Shown: positions 36,620 to 45,695 of the stretch, in pieces
How the letters are laid out: every line of letters begins with the position of its first letter
Numbering within the stretch: the first letter of the stretch is position 1
IMG/VR virus record: IMGVR_UViG_3300042731_007944
Span: 32,001-96,000 of that record
Reading direction: 5' to 3' (one strand)
Source of the DNA: a virus
DNA length: 64,000 nucleotides
Made by a program: the position numbers and the translations under genes
Notes under the pieces: generated by a model
Seen by the model: only the letters and a program-made list of their open reading frames with translations
Told to the model about the DNA's origin: nothing
Database searches by the model: none

Positions 36620-37354
36620 ATGAAAACATATCGTGTGATTTTCATTATTGTCATAGCATTATTTTTATCTACTTCATGTTCAAACAAAAAGCAATGGGAA
36701 CAGGCAATTAAAGAACGCGATGATATTATTCTGGGACTTCAGCAACAATTACAGGAGACACAGAGACAACTCGGCACTTGTCAAGAAGATCTCGCTTCGG
36801 CACAAGAAGCCTTAACGGCTTCCCCTTCATCGGAACCGGAAGGGTATACGCCAACACACTATAATTCAGTGTATGATGTTCTGCATGAATGGTATTCTTA
36901 CAGCACCGATGACGGGACATTCAAGACCATATCAGAGAATCCGCTACATATTCAGATTGTTCCTACTTTCATGCAAGATGAATATCCCGACATCAACCGT
37001 AATGACGTAAAAACGGCACTCCTTGAGGCCGTCTATCGGACATTTATCCATACGGATACAAAGGCATTGACCGTAACATGTACCCCGCAATTAATCCAGA
37101 ATAATAATGGAGATTTTGAGACCAAACCGCTTGAAAAATATGCAAAAACGATCACTGTTTCGAAAGAAATGGCCGTAAAGATAGCGGAAAGCCATCTCAA
37201 CATATCAACTCTTTCCGAATTGGTCATGGACCAGAAGGTAGGAGGGATACTCATTACTGACGAATGGACGGACAAATTCAAAATGGTAATTTATGGGGAA
37301 GATTACAACACACCGGATTTGTTAGATACAATTTTTTCTAAGCTTGAGGGATAA
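36620..37354 (+). CDS. lipoprotein with coiled coil
   Basis: Hydrophobic leader ending LSTSC; AAGGAG RBS. Confidence 0.65.
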   Translation: MKTYRVIFIIVIALFLSTSCSNKKQWEQAIKERDDIILGLQQQLQETQRQLGTCQEDLASAQEALTASPSSEPEGYTPTHYNSVYDVLHEWYSYSTDDGTFKTISENPLHIQIVPTFMQDEYPDINRNDVKTALLEAVYRTFIHTDTKALTVTCTPQLIQNNNGDFETKPLEKYAKTITVSKEMAVKIAESHLNISTLSELVMDQKVGGILITDEWTDKFKMVIYGEDYNTPDLLDTIFSKLEG

Positions 37355-37369
37355 ATAGATCGTGTTATA

Positions 37370-37467
37370 ATGAGGATAGGGATCGCGACCTGAACGGGCC
37401 GATTGCTCCTGTCATCGGCTCTTCCTCATCTTTATAAATTGTCAGGAGAAGAAATCGACGATAGGAG
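37370..37467 (+). ncRNA. candidate C4-like antisense/cis-regulatory RNA
   Basis: TATAAT then ATGAGGA/TCCTCAT closing stem; loop CTCCTG complementary to downstream CAGGAG and TAGGAG. Confidence 0.4.
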
Positions 37468-37486
37468 TGTTCATGGTTGTTGTGCT

Positions 37487-37777
37487 ATGCCAGTAAAAGA
37501 AGTCCATCATGAAAATATTGTGCTATTTGGTTCAACTGTGATATGTTGGCATTATCCAGAGATTTATCACCCGAAGAAACAGGATAGCATTATTCTTGAA
37601 TTAGCACATATTCGTTCCGCAAATAATCTTCATATCACGTTTGATGCAAAACGAGATGGCTATGTTATCTCTCAACAGACAATATTTTCGTGGCCTCTAG
37701 ATGATGATATTTGCGATCCAGGTTGGCAAGAAGTGGCCTTTATTGAAGCGTGGCAACCAAAACAACGATATTTCTGA
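37487..37777 (+). CDS. hypothetical phage protein
   Basis: ORF from MPVKEVH. Confidence 0.5.
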   Translation: MPVKEVHHENIVLFGSTVICWHYPEIYHPKKQDSIILELAHIRSANNLHITFDAKRDGYVISQQTIFSWPLDDDICDPGWQEVAFIEAWQPKQRYF

Positions 37778-37799
37778 AGAAAATGAACAACATCGCATA

Positions 37800-38021
37800 A
37801 TGGTGTCTACGATTCTTTATAATATCTTTGAGGAAGAATCGCAAGACGTGTTGACATGGTATGAAGAAAACTTAAAAACCGGTTTAAATCAAGACGACCG
37901 GTTAGAAAAATATGCACAAGCCCAGGATCAAGACCAATTTGTTCGTTTGGTTATTGTCACAAATGACAATGGATATTCTATAAGCATTGAAATTACGCCT
38001 GAATCAAAAGAGAAGAAATAG
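37800..38021 (+). CDS. hypothetical protein
   Basis: ORF from MVSTIL. Confidence 0.35.
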   Translation: MVSTILYNIFEEESQDVLTWYEENLKTGLNQDDRLEKYAQAQDQDQFVRLVIVTNDNGYSISIEITPESKEKK

Positions 38022-38142
38022 GTGCTGGAAGTAAAAATAGATAGTGTTCTAAAAATGATAATAGGATCGTATCAGATGGATAACTCTGGTCTAAACTCTC
38101 TAGGGTGATAGGATAAGAGCCTGTAGGGGGGATAAAATAAAC

Positions 38143-38769
38143 ATGAAACAAACCATAGAAGAACAACTCGAAGAGGCCAATATCGATGCACATTGTGCGG
38201 TCAGCCTCCATAAAGCTCACATTGCCAAATATGAGAAGCTTCTAACTGCTGTTGATGCATTATCTGTTTGTGTCCCCGTTGGGTTTTTTGGTGTCCAAGT
38301 GGCCTCTATTCAATTTCCCGCCGTAGCAACTTTCTTGGCGAGTGTCATTAACCCTCTCTTATCCGCCGCTCTCTTAATCTTGGTACTTTTTACCCTAGTG
38401 ACGCAATCCCGTGCTAAACTCAAGCAGCATCAGCGCTTTTTATCGGAAGAAATTATCGTTATTCGCGAAATAAAAGAACTGTTGTCAGGGGAGACAATCA
38501 CTTCTGAAGCGACTAAGCGTATATTAGATTGGGCGGCACGCTTGGCACAAGATGAAGAACAGATGTTTTCAAAGTTATCTGAATTGGAAAAACGAAATTA
38601 TTATCGTCTTGGGTTGCGGGCTATTGGAGATCCGACGGTAGTCTGCCCGATCTGTGGTGCATCTCCGTATCACTATCAGAAACCTCAAAAAAACGAAATG
38701 TGTCAAACGTGTGGGAATACGCCGGGGCATCAACTCACAAGGGGGACAGAATATGAGTTGGGCAGTTGA
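38143..38769 (+). CDS. two-TM (SLATT-like) protein with C-terminal CxxC...CxxC ribbon
   Basis: Paired TM helices, then CPICG...CQTCG; resembles mobilome CxxCx(11)CxxC proteins. Confidence 0.55.
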   Translation: MKQTIEEQLEEANIDAHCAVSLHKAHIAKYEKLLTAVDALSVCVPVGFFGVQVASIQFPAVATFLASVINPLLSAALLILVLFTLVTQSRAKLKQHQRFLSEEIIVIREIKELLSGETITSEATKRILDWAARLAQDEEQMFSKLSELEKRNYYRLGLRAIGDPTVVCPICGASPYHYQKPQKNEMCQTCGNTPGHQLTRGTEYELGS

Positions 38770-38941
38770 CGAGTTTAAAAAGTGGTACACTCAATTGCCA
38801 GAATCCGAAAAACGGCAATTGCAGCAATTTTTATCAAAGGGGTTGCCCGGTGGCCCACCAGACAAATTTGGAGTGCGGTTAGGTCCTCCTCCAGCGCAAA
38901 AGAAAGGAAGTGTGTGTCCGACATGCGGAAAACCGTGGTAA
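38753..38941 (+). CDS. small protein with CPTCG
   Basis: Overlaps the upstream stop; AGGGGG RBS. Confidence 0.5.
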   Translation: MSWAVDEFKKWYTQLPESEKRQLQQFLSKGLPGGPPDKFGVRLGPPPAQKKGSVCPTCGKPW

Positions 38942-39093
38942 CAAATACTGGTCTGATCAATATGCGAATTCTCGCCATTCTTCTCAGCATTCTTGGATGG
39001 TTTTGGTTGGAGGGTGTGGCTTGGCTCGGAATCATTTTGGCGAACGTATTGTTGTTATGGCAAGATTTACGCTCTACAAATTGGAAGAAGCCA

Positions 39094-39426
39094 TTATGCC
39101 GTTGACGGTTCTTGACCCGCTTCGCCCTTGCGCCGGTACAGGTCTCGAAATTCGATCCAGCGCGTGCGGGTAACGGTTATGATTTCTTGCGGTTGCTGTA
39201 CGGGTGACTCTGCTTTTATTTCCGGTACTGAAGAAGCTTCTTGAGAGGGACTGGCGAGTTGCAGTTTCAGGTCATTGATTTCTTGCTTGAGGTTTCGGAT
39301 CGTTACATCGCGGGATTCGACAAGCTGCTTATAATGATCGACGTCATTCCCTATGCTACCGATCACGAAGAAAAACAGGACCGCAATAACGGCCAGGACG
39401 ATTGTTACAATCTTCCATTTGTTCAT
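39094..39426 (-). CDS. membrane-anchored coiled-coil protein
   Basis: N-terminal TM; AAGGAGG RBS; TTGACA-17-CATCTT promoter. Confidence 0.6.
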   Translation of the reverse strand: MNKWKIVTIVLAVIAVLFFFVIGSIGNDVDHYKQLVESRDVTIRNLKQEINDLKLQLASPSQEASSVPEIKAESPVQQPQEIITVTRTRWIEFRDLYRRKGEAGQEPSTA

Positions 39427-39512
39427 ATCGCATCCTCCTTTCAAGAGAAGATGCGAAACACTGACATTTCTGTCAAGAATTTTTTAAAACAGGCTTTTTT
39501 GTCTCCTGATTT

Positions 39513-39932
39513 TTAGACGCCAAACTGACGAATCTTCGCGATTCCATCCGCGATCCGAGCTTCACTCACTTGCTCTAACTCAGTGATCGGGTCGTGGTTC
39601 TCATCGAATCTCATTCCCGCCGGCGCGGTAAATACTTTCACGACGGCGGTTATTTTTAGATACGCGGCCAGGCGATCCGCGTAATTGACGATGCGTTGCG
39701 CCTTTTTTAACTCGCGGCCAACGTATGCGTACACGGTGACGTATTTGCGAATGTTTTTCTCATTCCGGAACCAGATGGATTGTTTGTTGCTGCCCTTATG
39801 GGTCCGGGCGGTGGTCTCTAAGAAGGCTTCAATGCTGTTTAAGAGGTCGGTGTCAACCGCTTGTACTTTTGGTTGCGGTTGTGCTTTTTGAAAATTTACC
39901 TGAATCACATTGCCGTGTACTGAGTATTCCAT
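39513..39932 (-). CDS. hypothetical protein
   Basis: GGAGG RBS; TTGACA-17-TATATT promoter at about 39985-40013. Confidence 0.65.
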   Translation of the reverse strand: MEYSVHGNVIQVNFQKAQPQPKVQAVDTDLLNSIEAFLETTARTHKGSNKQSIWFRNEKNIRKYVTVYAYVGRELKKAQRIVNYADRLAAYLKITAVVKVFTAPAGMRFDENHDPITELEQVSEARIADGIAKIRQFGV

Positions 39933-40133
39933 GTTGTTCCCCTCCGGTGTTTTGTGTTATAGTATTTTCTTGTTACTATATTATAAATATAGTACTTTTT
40001 TATAATTTGTCAATAGAACCACCTGTTTTTTTTATAAATTTTTATAGTTTTTTTTTGACAAAAGAGGCCCGAACAGTTATTTTTATGAAAATTATTTATC
40101 AAATAAGGCTTTTTCTTTATAGGGGGGGGTTCT

Positions 40134-40328
40134 ATGGCAAGACGTGAAGACTCGAGACAGCTTATTATACAACTAAAACCTGAACTACACCGATGGTTTA
40201 AAGCTTATTGTGCTCAACGGGGCGTATCTATGAATAGCCACATCGCAACATATCTTTATGAGTTGCGACAGGCTGAGGAAGAAAAAACCTTGCGCCTTCA
40301 AAAATTAGCAAAGGATGTTGAGGAGTAA
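40134..40328 (+). CDS. Arc/ribbon-helix-helix regulator
   Basis: LIIQLKPELHRWFKAYCAQRGVSMNSHI. Confidence 0.7.
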   Translation: MARREDSRQLIIQLKPELHRWFKAYCAQRGVSMNSHIATYLYELRQAEEEKTLRLQKLAKDVEE

Positions 40329-40332
40329 CCCT

Positions 40333-41040
40333 ATGAACCGTCTATTTTTTGTGAGTCTGTTTATTTTGTTCGCCGTCTCCGTGTCAACGGCGGTCATCGA
40401 ACCGCCTCGCGTATTCAGCGAGAGCGGGACCGTGGTTATGGTTGTGGACGGCGACACGATTAAGGTCAAGATCCGGAACACGGTAGAGACGATCCGGCTG
40501 ATCGGGATTAATACGCCAGAGACGAAAGACCCACGCAAACCGGTGGAGTGCTTCGGGAAAGAGGCATTTGAACATGCAAAGAAGCTGCTCGAAGGAAAAA
40601 AGGTCAAGCTGAAATCTGATAAGACACAGCAGAACCGGGACAAATATGATCGGATGCTCCGGTACGTGTGGATTGGCGGGAATGAGCTTGTTAACCACAT
40701 GATGATAGCAGACGGGTACGCCTTCGAATACACCTATGAGACGCCGTATCTTTATCAAAAGGAATTTCAGGAGGCTCAAAAAGACGCGAAAGAAGCCCAG
40801 CGCGGCCTGTGGCATCCTGACACCTGTGCCGGGGAATTGAAACCGGAGAAACAGGACGCCACGCCAACACCAACAGCCACGCCGAAACAGAACACGTCAG
40901 CATTCTCCTGTACGCCGAAAAAGACGTGTGGCAAGATGACGTCCTGTGAAGAAGCCTATTATCATCTAAACACCTGCGGGAATAGCAGTCTAGATAGGGA
41001 TAAAGACGGCATTCCGTGCGAGTCCATTTGTGGAAATTGA
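40333..41040 (+). CDS. exported thermonuclease (SNase) with Excalibur Ca-binding domain
   Basis: VVDGDTI, IRLIGINTPE, DKYDRMLRYV, GLW; C-terminal LDRDKDGIPCE. Confidence 0.9.
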   Translation: MNRLFFVSLFILFAVSVSTAVIEPPRVFSESGTVVMVVDGDTIKVKIRNTVETIRLIGINTPETKDPRKPVECFGKEAFEHAKKLLEGKKVKLKSDKTQQNRDKYDRMLRYVWIGGNELVNHMMIADGYAFEYTYETPYLYQKEFQEAQKDAKEAQRGLWHPDTCAGELKPEKQDATPTPTATPKQNTSAFSCTPKKTCGKMTSCEEAYYHLNTCGNSSLDRDKDGIPCESICGN

Positions 41041-41207
41041 GCCATGAAACACTGTTCCGCGTAAAATTCTCTGGACGGTTCGTGAAGATCGCGACACGTC
41101 GCGTTTTGTTCAAGACAAGCAAAAATCCGGTGTGTCGTCTGCCGATTTCTCAGCAGCGATTGAACGTTTGAATCAGGGATGCGAGGAAGGACAAGAGGGA
41201 GCAGACC

Positions 41208-41459
41208 ATGTTAACACGTAGAAAGAAGAACCTGACGCGCACCTTGCGCCTGTCGTATTCGGAGGCGGATCGGCTACGGCAAAAGCTGTATTCCGATGTA
41301 GACCGGCTCTCGCTGTCTGACGTGAAGAAGCTGATCACGGTTTTGGATGACGTGTATCCGGAGATCACGAAAAGGACGCAACAATGGCCATGGCGTCTGG
41401 CGCTGACCTGCTTTGGGGCGGGCATGGGGCTTGTGGTACTGGTACTGCTGATAGTATAA
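41208..41459 (+). CDS. small protein with C-terminal TM
   Basis: GAGGGAG RBS; hydrophobic C-terminus. Confidence 0.5.
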   Translation: MLTRRKKNLTRTLRLSYSEADRLRQKLYSDVDRLSLSDVKKLITVLDDVYPEITKRTQQWPWRLALTCFGAGMGLVVLVLLIV

Positions 41460-41589
41460 GGGGGTGTAGCTCATCGGAGGAGCAGGCGGGGAGGGTGCTA
41501 GATGAGTCCAAAGGGCTGTGACACGGCCAGCCACATTGAACGCTCGACGATCCGTAACAGGAAAGTCGGTTCGACTCCGACCACCCCTT
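41460..41589 (+). tRNA. tRNA-like gene with an expanded central domain
   Basis: Acceptor GGGGGTG/CACCCCT, D stem GCTC/GAGC, T arm GTCGG-TTCGACT-CCGAC; about 80 nt between D and T arms; no CCA. Confidence 0.55.
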
Positions 41590-41614
41590 TACCCGAAAAT
41601 TCTTTTTACACAAC

Positions 41615-41965
41615 AATGCTCCTTGCGCAAGCCCTATACCACTCGGGGAGTTGGCGAGAGGTGCACACTCTTGATAGCGTGGGCCCGTCCGGAATGGCAT
41701 ATGGCAAGACCGATGACGCTATGCTCCACTGGTGGAAGGATGTGTGCGAGGCTGCACGAGTCCAGACGGCGCTTGAACGAGAGATTGCATGGAAGTACGG
41801 GCTTGAACGATTACGGTGTTGAGCGAGACAAGAACATCCCTATACTTAATGCGAGACATCCGAGGATATTTGGCTTCCATGTCGCAAGGAAGACCTGCAT
41901 TTGCGACAATTCCGGAAACCGTGCCCAATGGTAGACGGGAAGAATTAAGGCCGCACACCCTCCCG
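41615..41965 (+). ncRNA. candidate large structured ncRNA
   Basis: Several long-range complementary pairs and GNRA-like hairpins; no credible ORF. Confidence 0.45.
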
Positions 41966-42011
41966 CGACCAGCATTAAACCAAGACCTTTTTGACAGTTC
42001 CCTTCTTCATC

Positions 42012-42440
42012 TTATTCCATGCTAAACGCCAACCGACAGCGGCAGTTGATGCGATCCCCTGGGTGGATGATCGGATCACGTGGATGCATCGGACCTGGCC
42101 AACCCTTGAACTGCACAGAAAACCGTTCATCAATCCGGCGTTCTTCCAGGTGTCGAAAGTTATGTTTTTTGCGGACCCGTGAATCCCGCCGTGTGAGCCA
42201 CGTTTTGAACAAAAATCCTGCCTCTTTTGCCCGTTTCCACCCCGCGTCATCGTGCGGCGAGGGAATATCACTGAATCCCCAGGATCGCAATTTCGCGGCC
42301 ATGGCGTTCAAATAGTGTTCTACGAGGAAACCGTGTTCCGTCTGAAATCGGTCAGGGGGAACCGTCTGCACGAGCATCGCGTGAAAGCGTGCGTACTGTC
42401 CGAAAGACTGCTGCAGAAGGGTGTCAAGTGGAAGGGTCAT
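42012..42440 (-). CDS. short head morphogenesis (MuF/SPP1 gp7-like) protein
   Basis: TWLTRRDSRVRKKH ... HP.D...INCRC. Confidence 0.7.
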   Translation of the reverse strand: MTLPLDTLLQQSFGQYARFHAMLVQTVPPDRFQTEHGFLVEHYLNAMAAKLRSWGFSDIPSPHDDAGWKRAKEAGFLFKTWLTRRDSRVRKKHNFRHLEERRIDERFSVQFKGWPGPMHPRDPIIHPGDRINCRCRLAFSME

Positions 42441-42868
42441 AGGTCGATGTCCCAAAAGTATTCACGAGCATCTTTGCGTATTTCTTCAATATCCTCAGTC
42501 GTAAATTCTACAAATTGTCTCTTCGGAACGCCCTTTCCGAACTGATGATATTGTCCATATTCAACAGCCGTCCCTTTTTCAAGAAAGGCTTCTCGACTGC
42601 CGATGGTATACCGGACAACCGCATCCCCGGTCTCCGTTGTCATTTCCATACTATCGCGCATCCGGCCAGTCCTATCGAGGATCGGGTGCGTCAGGTCGTC
42701 TTTCCGATCCACCCATTTAGGCCGCCCTTGCGCATCAAACGTCTTCCCGGCACTTTTTGCCAAAATTTCGGCACACGTTTCCAGAAACGGACGAGGGTTC
42801 TCCAGCCGATCCCGGATCCCGTCTAGCCGTTTTTGTAGTGTACCTAAGCCGTCTATCGTAACCTTCAT
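42437..42868 (-). CDS. virion morphogenesis protein (Mu gpG/P2 gpS family)
   Basis: FDAQGRPKW, ILDRTGRMRDS, YGQYHQFG..VPKRQF. Confidence 0.8.
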   Translation of the reverse strand: MKVTIDGLGTLQKRLDGIRDRLENPRPFLETCAEILAKSAGKTFDAQGRPKWVDRKDDLTHPILDRTGRMRDSMEMTTETGDAVVRYTIGSREAFLEKGTAVEYGQYHQFGKGVPKRQFVEFTTEDIEEIRKDAREYFWDIDL

Positions 42869-43140
42869 CGCGCCACAATGCGCAGGGCCGGAGTGCGGTA
42901 CGTCACCCCCAGCGCCTGCCCTTCTGCTCTCGTCAACGGCAGATAGAGACACCGTTCCTGCCCCAGGTCGATCAGCTTGCGCTCAGTCGCAGAGACCACC
43001 GTGAAGGACACCCCTTCTTTTTGCTCGTCGTCTGGTGGCGTCGGTGGTGCTGTCGACGCAGACGCCTGACACTGTTCACACAGGTGTTGAAGCGTCTCGC
43101 TGAATTCTTCCAGCAGTGTGATGATCGGGAGTGGTGTCAT
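42865..43140 (-). CDS. hypothetical protein
   Basis: ATGA overlaps on both sides. Confidence 0.55.
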   Translation of the reverse strand: MTPLPIITLLEEFSETLQHLCEQCQASASTAPPTPPDDEQKEGVSFTVVSATERKLIDLGQERCLYLPLTRAEGQALGVTYRTPALRIVAR

Positions 43141-43517
43141 ACGGTTTTAAAAAAGTCAAACACGCCACGCGATTGCGTGATGCGATGACAGAGAATGAGT
43201 TTTTCCAATAAGAGTTGTTGCGCCCGCCGGGTGTCTTCATAGAGTTGCACCACGGGCACGAGAGCAGCAAAATTCAGATGCGCCGCCATCTCTTTCTGTG
43301 TCTTCATCAAGAAGAAGACTTGCGCGTTGACGAGACTCCACACCTGCCACGCGGTCACATTGTCCGGCCAGAGAAATGGGGTTCCATGCGTCTGGCATGG
43401 AAGCATCGGTTGTGAGGTCAACCGCTTTTTCCCACGGAGCCTGGCGTCAATCAAACACGCCTGACAGACTTTGTGCTCGCGCTTCTGGTTGGCCTTCTGG
43501 TGGAAGGCCCAGACCAT
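43137..43517 (-). CDS. tail assembly chaperone, post-frameshift part (gpT-like)
   Basis: LWPDNVTAWQVW; reached by -1 shift at the A9 run. Confidence 0.7.
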   Translation of the reverse strand: MVWAFHQKANQKREHKVCQACLIDARLRGKKRLTSQPMLPCQTHGTPFLWPDNVTAWQVWSLVNAQVFFLMKTQKEMAAHLNFAALVPVVQLYEDTRRAQQLLLEKLILCHRITQSRGVFDFFKTV

Positions 43518-43987
43518 TAAATTTTTTTTTCCGCGTCCGTCTGGAGTTCAGCCTGGAGCGCAAGTTGCGTCACGGTGTTGATCAGCCATTCCACGATCCC
43601 CGGCAAAACCTTTTCCTTGAAGAAGATCCATTCGAATTTGACGACATTACCAGACGCATCTTTTACGCCGCGCCAGGTTTCCACATATTTCGCCCCGCAG
43701 CGTTCCGCCAACTTCATCAGATCCACAATGGCCGGGTTCGTGATCAATTGCATAAAGACCGTCAGGTAGGCTGCCGCCGGGTCGTCGTCTTTCACCAGTT
43801 TATCAAGCAGCAGGTGCGCGGTTTCCTGTTTGATGCAGCTTTTCCAATCCTCAAAGAGTTCCAACCGTGAGGGGATCTTGAAACGTAATTCCAACGGGTC
43901 ACCGGAGACGTCCGGTAACGGAACCGTGACCCAACGGTGAAACTTATCTTCGCCGCTGGGGGTTTGTGTGAAGTAGGAAATGTCCAT
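43517..43987 (-). CDS. tail assembly chaperone (gpG-like)
   Basis: VETWRGVKDASG; ends GAA AAA AAA ATT TAA slippery site; follows tail tube. Confidence 0.75.
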   Translation of the reverse strand: MDISYFTQTPSGEDKFHRWVTVPLPDVSGDPLELRFKIPSRLELFEDWKSCIKQETAHLLLDKLVKDDDPAAAYLTVFMQLITNPAIVDLMKLAERCGAKYVETWRGVKDASGNVVKFEWIFFKEKVLPGIVEWLINTVTQLALQAELQTDAEKKI

Positions 43988-44046
43988 ATGCGTCCGTGTT
44001 CTCCGGTCCTGCGGTTGACAGACCCGGCACACGTGAGTTTTCCTGG

Positions 44047-45225
44047 TTAAAAGAACGCAAAGATCACCGGCCCGAGGGCGGTTGATCTCGGATTCGCCTT
44101 CCAATTGATATCGGAGATCCAGAGCCCTTCAGAATCCACCGGCGCGACTTTCGCCCGTCGACAATCCGGAACAATGATCACTGGCATATTGCCAGCCGTA
44201 TCCCCAAACTTGATCAGCAAGTTCGAGTCGGTTTGCGCGATCCATGCGGTGTACTCACTATCATCGTCCAGATCCAGATCATACTTGCCGGTGACCTGCC
44301 GCTTCGTGTAGCGTGAGGATCGAACGCCGCTCGTTGGGATCATAGACAGGCGTTTCGTGACTTCCATCCCCAGATCAAGTTCCAGGTTCTGTGTGTGGAT
44401 CGTGGTGCGCGACGCCCCTAACGTAATCGTTGCGCTTAAGCAGATAGGCGGCACGGTCTCCGTGTCGACATCCGGCGCGAGTCCAAGTGTGGACAGATTT
44501 GAGCCGGTATGCTGCACCGACCAATTACAGGGCGTAAACGTGAACTGCATCTTCGGGATTTGCCCGGTACTGACATTCGTAAAGGTGAGATTTGGACGAC
44601 ACCCGCCAAATTTGATCCACAGGCCATCCTGTCCGACGCAATCAAGGAAGATATGGACAGACAGCGAGTCATGCCCGGATCCTTTTTGCTTGTAGGTCGG
44701 TGCGGATTTTACGACATCTGAGGATTGTGGCGTGCCGGAAAATTCCGGTTCGACCTTGATCCATTGTGTAGTGGTCCCACTGCACTGCGTCACGACCGCA
44801 TATTCCGCCGCACCACCGTCAATGCCCACACTGAGCGCATCGCCCACGGCAAAGCCGGGAGAGCCGGTCATGTCGAATTCTGAGGCAGTATAGCCGGTAT
44901 TCACGGCCCCGTCTCCGGCAGACAACGGATCGGTCGGATCCTCACAGCAGGCTCTCAGGACCGCATCGCTTTCCGGGGCAGTATGCGCTTCGCCGGAACC
45001 CTTGAGTTCAACGGTAAACGAGCAGGAGCCGTCCTGCATGCCCAGAATAGACGCGAGCGGATCAAGCCCGCCTGTGATCACGGCGCGTTCAATTTCTTCA
45101 TAACTGGTATCCAGATCGAAATCTTCATCAATCAGGATAAAATCCGAATCGGTTGGATTGACAATCGTACCCTGGACGGATTCTTTCACCACCGCCACAT
45201 AGGTATTTTGTTTTGCTAATGCCAT
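44047..45225 (-). CDS. major tail tube protein
   Basis: VVKESVQGT, FTVELKGSG, GQIPKMQFTF, RQVTG patterns; position. Confidence 0.75.
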   Translation of the reverse strand: MALAKQNTYVAVVKESVQGTIVNPTDSDFILIDEDFDLDTSYEEIERAVITGGLDPLASILGMQDGSCSFTVELKGSGEAHTAPESDAVLRACCEDPTDPLSAGDGAVNTGYTASEFDMTGSPGFAVGDALSVGIDGGAAEYAVVTQCSGTTTQWIKVEPEFSGTPQSSDVVKSAPTYKQKGSGHDSLSVHIFLDCVGQDGLWIKFGGCRPNLTFTNVSTGQIPKMQFTFTPCNWSVQHTGSNLSTLGLAPDVDTETVPPICLSATITLGASRTTIHTQNLELDLGMEVTKRLSMIPTSGVRSSRYTKRQVTGKYDLDLDDDSEYTAWIAQTDSNLLIKFGDTAGNMPVIIVPDCRRAKVAPVDSEGLWISDINWKANPRSTALGPVIFAFF

Positions 45226-45260
45226 GCCTGGCAAGCCCTGCCGTGTTTCAGCGCTTTATT

Positions 45261-45695
45261 CTAGGCCCCGCGAAGGCCGTATTCCATTGTAATGCGAACT
45301 TCGCTCAGTTTTTCAAAATTCCGTGCGAAGAATGTTGGATAAATCGTTGACACCCATCGTGGAACCGTCGTTCCGGCAAATTGATTTCCCTCCAGATAGC
45401 ATTTCAACACCGTGGCAATATCAAGAATCGTAAACAACCCCTCTTCTTTTCCGAACCCTTCGGCGTAGGCGTAAAACGTTACCGTGACCAGATCGTCACG
45501 GGCATTCAGCAGCCGCCGCCCTGCCGGACGAGGGGCTTCTTGCGCCGGGGAAATAACGAGATTCGGCTGTCGGACCTTCTCCGGGTTGAAATAGCCTGCC
45601 TGTGAGCACTGCATGCGTTGCTCAAAGACGGACAACGTACTTTCTGCGACCATCGCCGCTTTCACGGACTGGAAAAAGCTTTTTGTACTTGCCAT
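45261..45695 (-). CDS. tail terminator/neck protein
   Basis: Size and position between adaptor and tail tube. Confidence 0.55.
   Translation of the reverse strand: MASTKSFFQSVKAAMVAESTLSVFEQRMQCSQAGYFNPEKVRQPNLVISPAQEAPRPAGRRLLNARDDLVTVTFYAYAEGFGKEEGLFTILDIATVLKCYLEGNQFAGTTVPRWVSTIYPTFFARNFEKLSEVRITMEYGLRGA

Noticed and set aside
41460-41589. tmRNA
   Set aside because: Far too short, has a D stem, and has no tag ORF
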